DNA of 60,501 nucleotides, filler included, from Hausera hauseri (Eukaryota): NCBI GenBank assembly GCA_046269625.1. It is 10 parts of 10 records of this genome, joined end to end, with 100 filler letters (N's around TTAATTAATTAA, not from the genome) between each part and the next. Parts side by side here need not be neighbours in the genome. Positions count along the whole stretch, not along the records: positions 56,157 to 60,501 come from JBJURY010625442.1; 9 more parts are not named here. One strand, given 5' to 3'. Of the stretch, positions 60,451-60,501 are shown in pieces (position 1 is the stretch's first letter; every line of letters begins with the position of its first letter). Position numbers and translations under genes: made by a program. The notes under the pieces are model-generated. The model ran no database searches. It had not been told where the DNA came from and saw only the letters and a program-made list of their open reading frames with translations.

Positions 60451-60501
60451 ACGTTAGAAGACAACAAAATATATTGGAGGTTCTCCTGAATCTGATGAGA
60501 C

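Noticed and set aside
60492-60501. CTGATGAG hammerhead ribozyme core
   Set aside because: Truncated by the window edge; no GAAA partner or stems visible

Overview
AT-rich eukaryotic (metazoan-like, very short 41-44 nt introns) assembly region made of about ten unrelated short contigs joined by artificial 100-bp linkers (N44-TTAATTAATTAA-N44), so neighbourhood across linkers is meaningless. Content is mostly decayed mobile DNA: five copies of one CsRN1/Kabuki-like Ty3/Gypsy LTR family, other Gypsy fragments, Polinton/Maverick pieces (pPolB, major capsid, adenain protease, probably dUTPase), a hAT-like and a piggyBac transposase relic, a 6.7-kb purine-rich (GAAN)n satellite, and host gene fragments (UBR5, MCM7, FEN1, MARK kinase, APC, C2H2 zinc finger). 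Two things stand out. (1) All four Gypsy copies that retain their 5' end carry a ~75-aa ubiquitin-like domain ending R-I/L-R/L-G-G fused to the N-terminus of Gag. (2) Contig 1 holds a degenerate polyprotein in which a chuvirus-like glycoprotein lies UPSTREAM of a Ty3/Gypsy RT-RNase H with no protease in between; it is bracketed by a repeated EAG|I motif and preceded by a possibly nucleoprotein-like segment. All family assignments are by eye from motifs, not database searches.
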